NCBI RefSeq assembly: GCF_030684315.1
Contig: NC_081362.1
Span: 16,672,589-16,736,588, forward strand
Source: Stegostoma tigrinum
Taxonomy: Eukaryota
Direction: 5' to 3'
DNA: 64,000 bases
The translations under genes and the position numbers were made by a program. The notes beneath the pieces were generated by a model. That model ran no database searches. It saw only the letters and a list, made by a program, of their open reading frames with translations, and had not been told where the DNA came from. Shown one piece after another: positions 12,736 through 26,727 of the stretch (position 1 is the stretch's first letter; each line of letters opens with the position of its first letter).

Positions 12736-13184
12736 TGCAACAGCATCTGGAGGTGGGCCACATGATATGATTGACAGAGACAAAGTGACCATTCACACAG
12801 CCTTCTGTGACAAATACTATCCTGTTCAGACAGAAGGATCGCCCGAAGTAATAAAGAATTGTAACTAAGAACACAGGCTGGAAAGCTGCACCGGCACAGT
12901 TAGTTACGTTTCACAAACTTTCGGCATAAACAATTGGAAAGAAGTTATTACTTTCTTCCAGAGTGGTGTCACAGTTTTCAAGCTCAACCCCTCTTTGTAA
13001 AGTACAAAATTAAGGGCTGTTCTTGCTGATTTTGCAAACGTGCTCCTCCTGAACCATGCCACATGCTGTACTCCAGTAAAATTGCGGGGCAGCTTGAAGT
13101 CTGACATGTTACTCGGCGTCTTTACATCTCATCGATGTGTGAATCAGCACCAGGGAATCTGGATGCCAAGTTCTGGATTTATCT

Positions 13185-13320
13185 GTGATTAATGGGAACT
13201 GCAGATGCTGGAGAATCCAGGATAACAAAGTGTGGAGCTGGATGAACACAGCAGGCCAAGCAACATCTCAGGAGCACAAAAGCTGACGTTTCGGGCCTAG
13301 ACCCTCTCTGATGAGAGGGA
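13185..13320 (-). mobile_element. Penelope-derived pLTR arm with a rearranged hammerhead core
   Basis: Near-identical to arms at 37110, 41377 and 44868; GGGTCTAGGCCCGAAACGTC on the minus strand. Confidence 0.75.
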
Positions 13321-13494
13321 TCCCAGCAGGATGATGATGGTGAGGTTTTAGAGGAGGATAGGATAACTGCGTGGAAGGCTGTATTCACGTTTGAAATCAT
13401 GAAGAAGGAGAATTTACATTTGTCAATCACACGATGTCATTTGTAACTTCGAAAAGATTCTTTTCAGCACTGTCGCAGTGATAGAAACCCGACT

Positions 13495-13657
13495 GAAGAG
13501 ATTAAAGATAACAAGGTGTAGAGCTGGATGAACACAGTGGACCAAGCAGCGTCAGAGGAGCAGGAAGGCTGATGTTTCGGGCCTAGACCCTACATTTTCT
13601 GAAGGGTTCTCAGGTTCTATAGCATCTGCAGTTCCTACTATCACAGAAGAGATTAAA
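13495..13657. mobile_element. Penelope-derived inverted-arm mini-element with 12-bp TSD
   Basis: GAAGAGATTAAA at 13495-13506 and 13646-13657 flanks one arm plus the tail of a largely deleted second arm. Confidence 0.7.
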
Positions 13658-16600
13658 ACGTACAGTTGCAACAAAAAAGAAATTAGCAGAGATTTGCAAA
13701 GTAAAGGCACAATTATGTATTTGGAAGGGAAGGTTGGAGGTGGGGTGGTAGTTAGCAAAAACAGAGGAGACAGAATGGTTTTAAAAATACTTCAGTGGTT
13801 GTAAAGCACTTTGGGATATTTTGTGGCTGCAAAAGCAACTTGATAAATAATTCTTCCCTATAAGGGTTCAAACCCAAACTGTGTGAGGCAGATTCCTTTA
13901 CGATTAATTCTCTGTTAAATTGCCACCTTGCATGTTGAGTGATGACAATTAGGAAGGCTTAACAACCTGTTAAAAGTTGCCTCTTTTTGTTCCCAGAAGC
14001 TTGATAGGACTGGTTACCAATTTATCCAAAACAATGGAGGAGGTAATGTATCGCAAACAGTTTTATGTTCGTGAAAGTGGAGCATATATATTTTACTGAC
14101 TTGTTAAATCAGTGGATTGTTCTATATAATTGGTGTTTTTGTATAAACTTATTATAGTTTAGTTGTGTACATGATACTCAATTTGAAATTTTAGACATGA
14201 TGCACATAGCATTTGAGGTCATTTGTACTTGGCCAACTGGGGAAAAATGGCTAACAAGGAGATGCAACAATAAAGTGGCAAACAAACACCAAAGGAAAAT
14301 TAAACACGTTCATATACTTTGAGTGATGCACCCAGTCTATCTCATTGCCGATAAGTCATTGAATACCTGAAAGATCTACCTTTTTAATTTCAACTTCCTT
14401 CCTCTTTTTTTCCATATAACTCTATAGTTCTCTTTCCTTGAGGCAGCCTATTAGCTTGAAGGTACATCTTGCATTTTGAGCATGTTATACTGTAAATAAT
14501 TTCACAGATGCACCAAACAGTGTTTAAACTCAACATTAATTTAACTTTGATCTTTGTTATTCAAAATTATTTGAAGAAAAGCAAGAGCAAATGTGGGAAC
14601 ATTTTTGGGAAAATGGTGTTTGAATTTTTTTTAAAAAATCAAAGAAGCTATATGTCTGTGGGTGAGAAAGAAGAGAAAAGATTAGCAAAGGCAAATGTGG
14701 ATCTATAACAGGTGGAGACAGAATTGTCTGACGTAAGGAGAAATTCCTTCATTCAGAGAGTAGTGAATCTTTAGAATTCTCCACTCCAGAGAGCTGTGGA
14801 ATGTCAGTTCATGAATGTGATCAAGACCAAGATCAAAAGACTTCTATATCATAATGATACCAAGGATTGTGAGGATAGCACAGAAAAATGGCATTAAGAT
14901 TGATGATCAACCTTGATTCAGAATGATGGAGCAGGTTCAAAGGGGATTAACCATGATCTAAAATGGTGAAGCAGGTTCAACAGAGATCAGCCATGTTCTA
15001 GAATGGTAGAGAAGGTTCAAGGGCCTGAATGGTCTACTCTTGCTCCTAACACTGCTCTTCAGAAACTCCCAAGGTCTATGGGGAAAAAGAAACAAACCTT
15101 TGAGCAATCAGAAGAAACTACCAATAAAACTGCAAAAGTGATCCATTGTTATGACTGTGATAGGAATAATGCTGTAATAATCAAGCCTCATTACTCCCCA
15201 TATTTGTGTAACTGGGTTAATTATTACCAAAATGGCCAATTTAGTAATGTTATCAAAAACAAACTTCACTAGACTTCTTTAAAGAATACAAAATAATCAG
15301 TTGATAATGGACAAAAATTTTGTTGAAGCAAATAGCAAAGTCTGGTCAATACCTAAGGTATGGCCTTGAATTAAATCTACATACCCTTCGTCCCACACAC
15401 AATACTAAAAAGAAATTTCTGCTAGGTTCTTATATGGAAAAAAGGAAATATCAGCACTATGGACTGATGTTTGATATGTGGAAATAAAGGATGAAATGCG
15501 ATGATTTCTCTTGTCCACTTTTTCCTGCCAATAAAGCTGAATTGCTGACAGCTGGAGGTTAATGATAGATGTCCAGTTCTGATTCCAACCAACACAGGTT
15601 TGAGTTCTTGACTGGTCAGCCTGCCATTTCAGGTTTTAAACAGGTAGAGAGAAATGCAGGACTAATATTTAACTCTGTCAGGTCCTAGGGACTTTTACAG
15701 CGAGCAGGACTTTAGGAGGGAGTTTCACAGCTTCCCTGGTATCTACTTTTCAATGACTTCTGCATCTGTAGAATGGAGCTCTAAGTTTAGAGAAGTCTTC
15801 TAGGCAATTGTTAACATAGGGGCCCCTATTCCTCTCCAAGCCAGGTTTTTCAGTAATTAGGTAATAAACCCTATTACTTATCTCCTTAAAAGGAGCATAG
15901 CTGTTTCTCCAAGTCACTTATTTCCATTAAGGAAGAGGTAAACCAAAGAACACTTTAAACTGTTGGCGTCATTTTAAAGAAATAACATTGTAAAACTAAT
16001 TTTAATCCAGAAAATGTCCTAAATGTTAAAGTTTTCATTTCTTCTAAATAGTCCTTAGGTATAATTATTTATTCCCAACAATAAATAAGTCACTCAGAAT
16101 GCAAATTCCTTTTCCTGAATAACTGGAATTTATGTCTGATATGGAGTTTGAAAAATGAAAACAACAAAATATGACAAATTTGCAAATTACATTATCACAA
16201 GTCCTTTGCATACTTTATCTTCAAAAGTTCCAGTTTCTTCAATCTTCTTGGTTGTAGATTTAATGGCACAGATTCTGTTCCCAGGTTGAAGTACAGCAGC
16301 TAAGGTTTCCACTTGCTTCAGTGGTCTCCTCTTGATGACATCAAGAGTCAGGGTCATTTAGATTATCCCATCTTTGTGGGAAGTCCAATTGTAACAATTC
16401 ACATCTTCTATATTATTCTGTCAGCTGGGAACATAGAGAATATAAGGGCTGTTCTGACATTCAGTTAGATTAAGACTGACCAGAGATCTAACTCAATACA
16501 TGGGCTTTCATTTCATGATTCTTGATGTTTTGGTTAACAAAAATTTTTTCAATCTCAGAACTAAAATCAACAACTGACATAGACTCAACTGCCAATTGTT

Positions 16601-16899
16601 GCACAGTTCTAAACTACTACTACTAATGTGCATAGAAGGAATATCAATCCTGAAAGGTCTGGCTTTACTTTTTAGACTACTCCACCAAGATTATGACTTC
16701 CCAATCAACAGAAATAGTTTTTCTATCTACACAATCAGTTCCCCTCAATCTTTTTACAATTTCAATAAAACCACTCCTATACCTACTATAGTTCAGGTGA
16801 TTTATCCCTCTAAGTCCAAATTTCATTCTGGTCAATCTGTTCTGCACTTCCAGAGAATATCCACAAGATTATTTGGATCTCCACTGTCTCTGGCTAGAC

Positions 16900-17400
16900 A
16901 TCGTTTAAAAAATATCTTTAAGATTCAAAGTGGATGACCTCTTCCATGTTAAAATCTGTCCAGTGCAGTTTTGCCCATTCTTGCTCTTTATAGAGCATTC
17001 TTTCTCAGGATTGAGGATATTTGCTTCCACTCTGATTTGATGGGATAAGTCCAATGCGCAATCTGCATATTGGGCTTCATGTGGGGCAGATGATAACTTG
17101 AAGGGTCGAGTAAATGAATTGATTGGAGGTTTGTGTGCTTTCTCGATCACCATTTCTGCATATCCTTGACAATTTTTCAGGATATTTCTCAATAAATTTT
17201 GGTTTTATTCAGTTGCAAGCCAGGAAATCCATGAGTTGATGGAGGTGCTTGATATCTTCGGATATGCTTCAAGACCATCCCCAAAGCATTTCCGTGCCCG
17301 CCTGACATAATTCAGAGTAGAGCAGTTCTTTTAGGAATCTGGCATCATGCATACAAATGTCACATCTCGGCCAGCGAAGTTGGTTTTGAGTGTTTAGTGC
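16900..17400 (-). mobile_element. RTE-clade LINE 3' remnant
   Basis: LRWPRCDICMHDARFLKELLYSEL, resembling the RTE LRWAGHV-RM-D-R-PK-LLY-EL motif. Confidence 0.55.
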
Positions 17401-17559
17401 CTTATTGCCAATTCACTTGTAATTTCTTCACTTAATAGATCAAAAGCTCTGTAATTTAATGCTCCCTCTTGACATCAACTTCAACTGTTACAGGGTGACA
17501 ATATACTAGCACAGACAAAGGATTTTTAAGGACACAGAACAGAATAAACAGCTTGTTTC

Positions 17560-18225
17560 AAGTTAGTAGGTTGGCACTTAGGAGCTGCAAAGTTTTTGCA
17601 AGGACTTTAGCTATTTGCAATCTATATTAATCAATTAAATGAAAGGATAAAGTATAATGTGCCCAGGTTTGCTGATGGCACAAAGCTGCGAAAAAGAAAG
17701 CTTGAAGGAAGACAAAGGCCACAAAGTGATATGGCCAGATCACATGAGTGGACAAGAAAATGGCAGGAAAGATGTGGAAGCGTTAGAAAAAGTGCAGAGG
17801 AGAATTACCAGGATATTGCCTGAAATGGAGAGAAGGTCTTATGAGGAAAGGTTGAGAGAGCTAGGGCTTTTCTCTTTAGAACGACGAAGGATAAGAGGTG
17901 ATATAGACAGACAGCCAGAGACTTTTTCCTAAGGTGAAGGTGGGTTATACAAGGGGACACAGTTTTAAAGTGAAAGCAAGTAGATACAGGGGAGATGTCA
18001 GAAGTAGGTTCTTTACTCAGAGTGGTAGGGGCATGGGATGTATCGCCAGAGAGGCAAGTGGAGTCCACCTCATTAGGGGCATTTAAGCAGCTATTAGATA
18101 GGTATATGGATGACAGTATAAGGTCGCGGTGGAGGTTAGACAGACCTTAGGTTTAGGGTAAAAGTTCAGCGCAACATCGTGGGCCAAAGGGCCTGTACTA
18201 TGCTATACTCTTCTTTGTTCTATGG
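17560..18225 (+). mobile_element. CR1 LINE fragments
   Basis: KDVEALEKVQRRITRILP...YEERLRELGLFSLERRRIRGD. Confidence 0.9.
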
Positions 18226-19724
18226 CAGAAGGAATAAAGTTAACTGTAGTGGGAAGAACAAAGACCAAGTGGTATAAAAAAAATTTCAAGATCACCAGAT
18301 TTAAAACAATATCAGGTTAGAGGAAATCCATGTCAGAGAATGGTTGTGGGCAACCTTCTTTGAGGTCATTAGCTCTGTAGTCATTGCTGCTGACTGCAAT
18401 ATCCGAAATCCAGATCAATAATCTGTTTAATGCACAACAGGATTGTGGGCGATTTAAGAATCATGTTCGATCTCATATCAAAGCACTTGACAGCAGTGAA
18501 CAAAAAGTTGGCTGTACTGAAAGACTGAGGGGAAAATAATGAATGTATACAATTTATAAATTAAAATCTGTGCGCTTGAAAGTTATAATTCAAGGATGAT
18601 AGCACAAATAAAAATCTTTGCTTTGGAAATAAACAGCGGTCATTAACACATCAATGACAGCTACATCTCAACATATATTGGAATCTGCTTTTAGAATCTA
18701 GCCTGTCATAATTCAGACAGCAAAAATACAGGCCTGGTTGGTTGGGGTGCATTGCATGCAAGGAAGATCAGGCTTGCAGAAGCAATTTCATAACAATGGG
18801 GTTGAAATGAGATTGAAAGCTGTCTAGTCTAAGCAAGCAACCCTTTTATCAGTGACGACTTGGAAGTTATCTTGAATAGTTTTACTGTGCTGAAAAATGG
18901 CAGCTAACAACCACAAGGTGCAAACTCTTTGAGTAGGTCCTTAAGTGCCCGGCTAAAAGAATCCATGCTGAGAGGAAAAAAACAGATGATAAGCTGATGT
19001 AACAGCAGCAAACCTATGTGCAAAGAAAGGTATTTTAAGATGGAACAGGGTGTTTTCGGTTTATTTTAAGAATTCTTTCAGAACTAGAGTTTTTTTAATG
19101 TATTATCTTATAGATTTATTTTTAAAGTAGATAAGAAACTAATGAACCTGCCAAAGTTTATTTTAAAAATCAGAAATTTGCGTCATACTGCAGTGTTCAG
19201 AGGTAAGAACAAAAGTAATTCCATCCTTAGCTAGGTTTGTAAATTAAAAGTATTGTGAGGAGCTTTACAAGTATTAGATCTAAGACAGCATACACCATAC
19301 AGTATGAGTAAGCTCTGAGTTTACCTTACATCAGTCAAGTGATAGACTGCTTCAAGTGAATTTTCTGTGGGCTCTTTTCATTCAGTAGTACTACCCTTCT
19401 GTCTGAGTAAGAAAGTCCAAGTTCAAGTCTCACCTGCTCTAGATGCCTGACATTATATATCCAAATAGGTTAATTAAAGATAATTTTGGAGAAGTGAAGT
19501 CAGTGGCATAGTGGCATTGTTGCTGGACTAGCAATTTACAGGCCCAAGCTAAGGCTCTTGTAACAGGTGTTCAAATTCTATCATGGCAAATAGTGGAATC
19601 TAATTCCAAAAGCTAGTGTCTTTACGTCTGAGCTAGTCGATTTGGGTTCAAGTCCCAACTGCCATGAGGATCTGTATAACATGTCGGAACAAGGTGATCC
19701 CAAGCAATTTTTACAATGATGGTT

Positions 19725-20030
19725 TGGGGCAGCACGGTGGCTCATCACAATACCAGGGACCCAGGTTCAATTCCAGCCTCGGGCAACTACCTGTGTGGAG
19801 TTTGCACATTCTCCCTATGTCTCCATGGGTTTCCTCCGGGTGCTCCGGTTTCCTCCCACAGTGTAAAGATGTGCAGGCTAGGTGGATTGGCCATGCTAAA
19901 TTGCCCATACTGTTCAGGGATGAATGGGTTATGGGGGATTGGTCTGGGTAGGCTGTTTCAAGGGGCGGTATGGACCTTTTGGGCGGAAGGGCCTGTTTCC
20001 GCACTGTAGGTAATTTAATCTAATCTAATA
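19725..20030 (+). mobile_element. HE1/V-SINE-type tRNA-derived SINE
   Basis: GGCAGCACGGTGGCTCA head, GGTTCAATTCC B box, V-domain, (TAATC)n-like tail. Confidence 0.85.
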
Positions 20031-20827
20031 AAGCTGCTGTCTCATTTAAATCAGTATCCCATAGACATAATGCAAGACCCAATAATCCAAATGATTCTCA
20101 GACCTCTAAGTTACCATAAGCAGTGTGAGAAAGAACAATTTTAACATTACTCATCCACAAAGTAACTTGATCAAAGAACCCTTTCACACATTTTGCCTGT
20201 TTTACTTTGACTTTCCATTGAACTCAGTGAAAAGAGCGTAAAAGTGAGCAAGCCAATCTGATGATCCGTTCACCAAAGGACTGGATAGGTTAAATCTACC
20301 TATAGTCAGGTACAACATCTATTGTCATGCATTCTTTAACATTAAAACTGGTATGTATACATCTTTTTCAGTCATTTAGCAGTTTACATCGAAGAGAACT
20401 TGTATGTATATTTCACTTCAACACTTGGTTCTTTGCTGCTGCATCTGACAAGAGTTCAAAAACAATGTCTGAACTGAAAGCACCACAAGCCAAGTCAATA
20501 CTAGCAACGATTTTAATCACGAATGAACACATACTTCACCAGTAACTAACATTGATAATTTTATAATTGAACACTAAAGGAGTATTTCACAGAAAAACAT
20601 TTGTTTTCTGCAAGGCTAACACTCTGGTAGATTTATAAAGATTTTAAAGAATATTCCTAAAAACCTTGCCTCAAAATAATTAAATAAAAATCTTAGAATA
20701 GACCATAACTTGCTTAAGATCAGTATGTATTCTGTAAACAATAAAGAAACATGCTAACTGTTACAGAGCAGACCCATGATCAGCCAGACACACTTGCTGG
20801 TACATCATGCAGGTAGATTTGTAAGTG

Positions 20828-21604
20828 TCATTTTTGATAAGTACTGCTGAACTGAATGACGCCATAGCGCCCATTGGTCATCCATTCAGAATCAGAAACA
20901 TCCAGTTGCTCACCTTGCCCTGGTTTTAAGCCAACCTGAATATCAGCTTTCAGTGTTCTCAAGCTACAAAGTGCTGTGGGATGAAACCCACGTAGGGCAG
21001 TGTCAAAAGAAACAGTATAGTTCCATTTTCTGTCTCCTGTTAGTTTCCTGTAGTTCAGGTCTCCCTTAAAAAAGATCAAATTTGACTTCTTTAGTTCAAC
21101 ATATAAATCATGTGCTGCAACAGACATGTCACAAAATTCATGAGGGGCGGTCCAGAAAAGGTGATCATGATAAATCCAAATTCCCTGCTTCAGATTCTTT
21201 TCCCACACCATACCACACCTGGACATCTGCATGTAGTCGGCTTCCTTCATCTTTTTTAGCACCCAATCAAAATCTTTCCTGGTTGTATCAGAAACAAACC
21301 AAGGTATGTTTTTGCCATGAAAGTGAATCATATCAGCCAGTCCAGAGGTTATAAGGAAATCTGCTAGTATCAAATCAGTCACCAGCTCAAATCCAGAATT
21401 GTCAAGAACAATATCTACGCGGGTACACGTTGCTTCTGAGGTTTTGTTTTTCTTATTATTAATGAGGAGTTCCCAAACACATTCAGAATCATCTACCAGG
21501 ATGAAAGGCTTCAAAGATTCCAGAGTGGTTAAAGGATTGAATGACTGAGAGTTGTCCTGGCCAGCAGAAATGGAAAGGTCACATTTGTTTCCCCACAGTG
21601 CAAC
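20828..21604 (-). CDS. ARMT1: ARMT1 (DUF89 damage-control phosphatase) last coding exon 5
   Basis: tag|GTTGCACTGTGGGGA acceptor; VALWGNKCDLS, DIVLDNSGFELVTD, KGDLNYRKL and LRTLK motifs; 777 nt ending in TGA. Confidence 0.97.
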   Translation of the reverse strand, partial: VALWGNKCDLSISAGQDNSQSFNPLTTLESLKPFILVDDSECVWELLINNKKNKTSEATCTRVDIVLDNSGFELVTDLILADFLITSGLADMIHFHGKNIPWFVSDTTRKDFDWVLKKMKEADYMQMSRCGMVWEKNLKQGIWIYHDHLFWTAPHEFCDMSVAAHDLYVELKKSNLIFFKGDLNYRKLTGDRKWNYTVSFDTALRGFHPTALCSLRTLKADIQVGLKPGQGEQLDVSDSEWMTNGRYGVIQFSSTYQK

Positions 21605-21859
21605 CTAGATTTACAAAACAAAATGGAATTAGCAATCAAGATTATCTTCACACAGTTGAAGAAATTAAAACGTTGACTGTGTCAAAACTGGATCCAGAAA
21701 CCTTATTTCCCACATTAAGAAATGACTGCTTCCCACCTACATTAAACAAAGAGAAACTAATCAAGACATTCATTTTGAAATATTTCTTGATTTAATATTG
21801 TACAGTTTAAAAAAAGTGATTAGTCATTTGGTTGGAAAGAATCTGAGTGTCGATAAACA

Positions 21860-23580
21860 AGGATATTTTTTGCTGAAGCTTTTCATCTTGAACTTATCAC
21901 GAGAATTCAAAAGAAATACCAGTCCAAAGGGAAAACAACATTTACACTGTACAAGGCAAGACTACTGATCAGTTGTCAAACAGATGCATTAGTAGAGGCA
22001 ATGCATGGAGAATGCAGCAGTTAGATGATAACTGACAGTTAACTGCCAGGCCTTGCTTAAATTTTAAATTAGGAAGACAGTCATTGATTTGAAGAGGCAA
22101 TAACCTCAGAAATTAACCACCATATGACTGTCACCTATTTTGATGAGCTGAAACAGGCATAATGTGTGTACATGTTCTCTCTGCCTACAAACAACAGAGC
22201 CTGCTTTATCAATACATGATTTCCTGACAAGTGCTCATTCTACCGCAGATAACTCTGAATGGTACAGATTTGAGCAGCGGATGAAGTTAGCAGTTTCGCA
22301 CTGCTACCATGAAGTGGTATTTGTCACGGACAAGATGCTGCTATCAAGAAAAAAAGGTGTTGCACGAATGTGTAATGTGGTAATTTAGTTTCAATGCCAG
22401 TATGATACCAGTTTTGTAGGCCATATATTCCAAAAACTGGCAGATGATATCAAACCACCTGTCAACTTGGCTGTTGCAAAAGGCAAGTTACTGACCATAC
22501 CCAACATATTTGGCTTGCAAAGCTCAATAGTGTCCTACATTAGTTATGATTCCACATTAGAATGCTGGAGTAAATGCTGTCCAGACTTTGCAAAAAATAT
22601 ACTGACAATCAATTTAGAATTGTATCAGAGATAATGGGATTCAATTCAACAAAATTAGGTGACAACTCTAGTTAATTTCTCAGGGTAATGCCTTCAATAA
22701 TCAAAGTCAACCAGCCTGTTTTTTTTAATATTCATTTGTGGGTTATGGCCATCGCTGGCTGACCAGTATTTAGTGGCCATCCATAGTTGCCCTTGAAAAG
22801 GGTATGATGAGCTGCAGCCTTGAACCGTTGCAGTTCACTTGCTATAGGTTGACCCACAATGCCATTAGGGAGGGAATTCCAGGATTTTGACTAGCAACAG
22901 GGAAGGAATGCTGACATATTTCCAAGTCAGGATTGTGAGTGGCTTGGAAGGGAACTTGAAGGTGATGGTGTTCCCATGTGTCTGCTGCCCTTGTCCTTTG
23001 AGATGGAAATGGTTGTGGTTTTGGAAGGTGCTGTTTGAGGATCTTTGGTGAATTTCAGCAGTGCATCTTGTAAACAGTACACACTGCTACTGCACGTCGA
23101 TGGTGGAGGGAGTGAATGTTTGTGGATGTGGTGCCAATCAAGCGGGCTGCTTTGTCCTGGATGGTGTCAAGCTTCTTAAGTGTTGTTGGAGTTGCACCCA
23201 TCCAGGCAAATGGGGAGTACTCCATCCCACTCTTGATTTGTGCCTTGTGACAGACAGGTTCTGGGGAGTGTGGAAGTGAGTTACTCAACACAGTATTTCT
23301 AACCTCTGTCCTATTATTATAGCCACTGTGTTTATGTGGAAAGTCTAGCTGAGTTTCTGGTTTAAAATTTAATCAAAGCTTGGCACTTAACCTTTAGTCA
23401 TCATCTAATTGCTTCATTCTCCATGAAAACACCTCACCAATCAGCGTCCAGAGTAAATGAATTAGTAACCACCTTTCAGAGTATTGTTGGCTTCTCTTTA
23501 TACTGGTATTTCTTTCAAACTGTCCTGACAGTGTGGTTTAAAAATTTTCAATTGACTGTGTTTTTTTTAACAGAATTGAT
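21860..23580 (+). mobile_element. Old Penelope-like element with inverted pLTRs (about 21870-22250 and 23360-23560) and a GIY-YIG remnant, interrupted by a LINE
   Basis: NVVI-FQCQYDTSFVGHIFQKLADDIK remnant at about 22370-22460; degenerate inverted similarity between the two ends. Confidence 0.6.
22730..23360 (-). mobile_element. CR1/L2-clade LINE 3' fragment nested in the Penelope-like element
   Basis: MEYSPFAWMGATPTTLKKLDTIQDKAARLIG. Confidence 0.8.
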
Positions 23581-25017
23581 AGCAAGTAACAAAATCTGAA
23601 TATTACAATAAGAAACAGTTAAACTTTATTTTTAACACTGCAGACTTATTACCATGACCACAAATCAGAATTTTGAGAATATTGATGTGTAAACTGTAAA
23701 AACTGCAAACAGCAACGCCACCCAGCTAAATATTTTCAAATAAAAAATTGCTACTACAGTTGGATTTTGGACAGCTTAAAAGTACACTGGTTGAAACCTT
23801 GCTTGTTCCCCTACAGATAACATTGCTCTTTGACACAAAAAGGCATTCCCTAGAAATATGTCTGATCTGTAGCTGGTGTGTTATATATGGCCAAATAGAA
23901 ACTCGAGTAAATCAATACTTTTGGCTTTTTATTGATAATTTAGCAGTTTTTCTATTTGAATTTTCTTGGCCTGGTGATTTGAAAAGTGATGTGTTCTGTT
24001 CAGGAAATCGCAATTCAGAGTAACCAAATTCCACTTGCATCAGCAACTTGACATACACATAAATCAATGGTATCATTGAGTTAAACATCAAGGCTATACT
24101 AAATGCACTGAAACAGGCCAGAAAGTAAAACCTCCTCAGGGCATTTAATTATTTTGCTAAGTAACTGTGCAGCTTTGAATCCTGTTTGTAATTGTATGCT
24201 ATTCATTCAGTTTCTTTTTAGAAAATAGACATATAAGTTAGTGATTTCAAATGAAATTCGAAGAATAAAGCATTTCTTGTTAAGTCTCCATGTAGTTCCC
24301 CAAATTACAAAACAAATATTAGCAGTGTGCATAAATAATTTACCTATTTTAAACAAACTGGGAGCTGGCAATTCTAAAAGAAAATCTTTTAAGCATTTTA
24401 TTTGATACAGATTAGTGTAACCCATGCCTTTTTACACCAATGATTTTTAAGTTTTTCGATGTGCTTACAGCAGCCTTGGCAGACTTTGTAAGCTCAGATA
24501 TAAGGACAGCTTCAAAGAAGAGTCATATTGGATTTCAAACATCAACTCTGCCTCTCTCTGCAAAGATGCTGCCAGATCTGCTGAGTTTCTCCAGCACTTT
24601 CTGTTTTTATTTCAGATCACCAGCATCAACAGTACATTATTTTTATTTACGTAAGACAAATGTAACTGATCCCCGATAACTAAGTAATCAACAATAGATT
24701 GACAAGCACATAATTTCTGCAAGTCTGCAAATTGATGGATATGGGTAGACTGAACCTTTATGAAGGATCATATGAAGATGGATATGTAGTGCCTCCCTTT
24801 ACCTCAAGAAAACAACATGAATTATCTCAACGGACCGAAAATTTAAAAAGGCTGATCTGTGTGTAATTGGCTGTAGATAGAGTGTGCTTGTGAGGCATAT
24901 GTGGTGCAGTGGTAGTATTCCTACCTCTGGTCCAGCAGGTCTAGCTCAAGCCCCACCTACCCCGGACATCTGTCATAACATTTTCAAACAAGTTGATTAA
25001 AATCATAAAACCAGAAT

Positions 25018-26230
25018 TCATAAGAACTGAAGTAATCATTCAGTCCATCGTATCTTCTCTGCAATTCAACGAGATCATGGCTGATCTCATAATCCTCAAC
25101 TCCATTTTCCTGCCTTTTCCCTTAAACTCTTGATTCCATTTACTGATTAAAATCTGTCTATCTCAACCCTGAGTATACCGAATGACTCAATATCAACAGC
25201 CTGAATTTCAAATTCACTCATCTGAGATGAAAAAAGTTCTTCCTCATCTCTGTGTTAAACATGTGACTCCTTATTCTGAGGTTATGCTGCCTAGTCCTAC
25301 ACTCTCCAAGAAGGAGATACAACCTTTTTGTACCTACCCTGCTGAGTCCCCGAAGAATCTTGTATGTTCAAATAAGGTTGCCTCTCATACATCTAAATTC
25401 CAATTAATACAGGCCCAAACTACTCAAGCCTTCCTCCTAAAACAGTCCCTCCACACCTGATATCAGCCTGACGAGCCTGCTCTGGACTGCTTCCAAAACC
25501 AGCAGATCTTTCTTCAGATAAGGGGCCCAAAACTGTTCAATGTATTCCAGCTGTGGTCTAACTTGTGCCTTGTATGATTCTGGAAAAACCTACCTACTCC
25601 ATTCTCTTTGAAATAAAGGCCAACATTCCATTTGCCTTCCCTATTATTCTAATGAATCTGGAAAATAGCGTTTTGTGATTCATGGATGAGGACTCCCAAA
25701 TCCCTCTCTTTCATAGCTTTCTGCAGTCTTTCTCGGTTTAAATAGTATTCAATTCCTCTATTCTTGCTGCCAAAGTGCATAACCTCACCTTTTCCTACAT
25801 TGTATTCCATCTGCCAAATTCTTGCCCATTCACTTTACCTCTCTATATCCCTCTGTATGCTCTTTGTGCCATCCTCACAACTTACCTTTCTATCTATTTT
25901 GTCATTTGCAAACATGGCTATAATATATTCACTTTCTGCATCTAAGTAATTAACATATATTGTAAATAATTGGAGATGCATCAATCCCTGTGGCATTCCA
26001 CTCATTGCAGGTTGCCATCCTGAAAATGTCCCCTTATTCCAACTCTCTGTCTTCCATTTGTTAACCAATCCCCTATCCACACTAATCTACTAGCTCCAGC
26101 ACCATGGGCTCTTATTTTATTTAGTAGCCCAACGTGTAGTACCTTATCAAATGTCTTCTGGAAATCCACTATATTACATTACTGCTTCCCCTTTACCTAT
26201 TCTGCTTTTTAACTCCCCAAGAATTCTAGG
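25018..26230 (-). mobile_element. CR1 LINE RT and 3' fragment
   Basis: SGWQPAMSGMPQG...LFTIYVNYLD...FAND. Confidence 0.85.
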
Positions 26231-26727
26231 AAAATAACTAACTACAAAGTTTACAGATCTTGCTGGTTGCTCCTTTTGATCTACAATAATATTAATATTA
26301 TTACACTGAGACATTAATATCATGCCTATCCTTGAAAAGTTACCTCTGAAGATACAACTGCTTTTTACATCTCTTTGTGACATTTGCATTGCTCCAACAG
26401 TATTGCAGACACACTGTTAATGAGGTCTTGTTTAGATTAACACATAGTGAAATAAAACTCAGAAGCTAACATTAGCTATATCTTTTACTTTGAAACCATA
26501 CTGAATAAAAGCCAGGAATTACTCAAACTTCTTTCTTTAACAAGCTTTGCATTGCAGTTTTTTGTATGATACCAAGTATCATCACCAAGCTCAAAAACCC
26601 CAAGTGAATCATGAGCCAATTATTATAAAGTAATAACTGATATTGGGACTTCTTCGCAGCTATACTCAATATTAATAGTATCTACACAAGTATAAATCAA
26701 TACACTGTTTACTTAGGTAAGACCTAC

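Noticed and set aside
13179-13758. Recurrent small ORFs with GSRPETSAF-LLRCCLACCVHPAP (also at 36995-37406 and 41388)
   Set aside because: These are translations of the Penelope pLTR arm, not a peptide gene family.
19664-20009. Overlapping ~95-aa ORFs and a tRNA-like B box
   Set aside because: HE1/V-SINE sequence; no complete cloverleaf.
19060-20520. Candidate ARMT1 polyadenylation signals (minus-strand ATTAAA near 20512, AATAAA near 19060)
   Set aside because: AT-rich background gives many such hexamers; cannot choose without transcript data.
20828-21514. 228-aa ORF as a stand-alone or retrocopied gene
   Set aside because: It is the spliced last exon of ARMT1; the TTG start in the track is internal.
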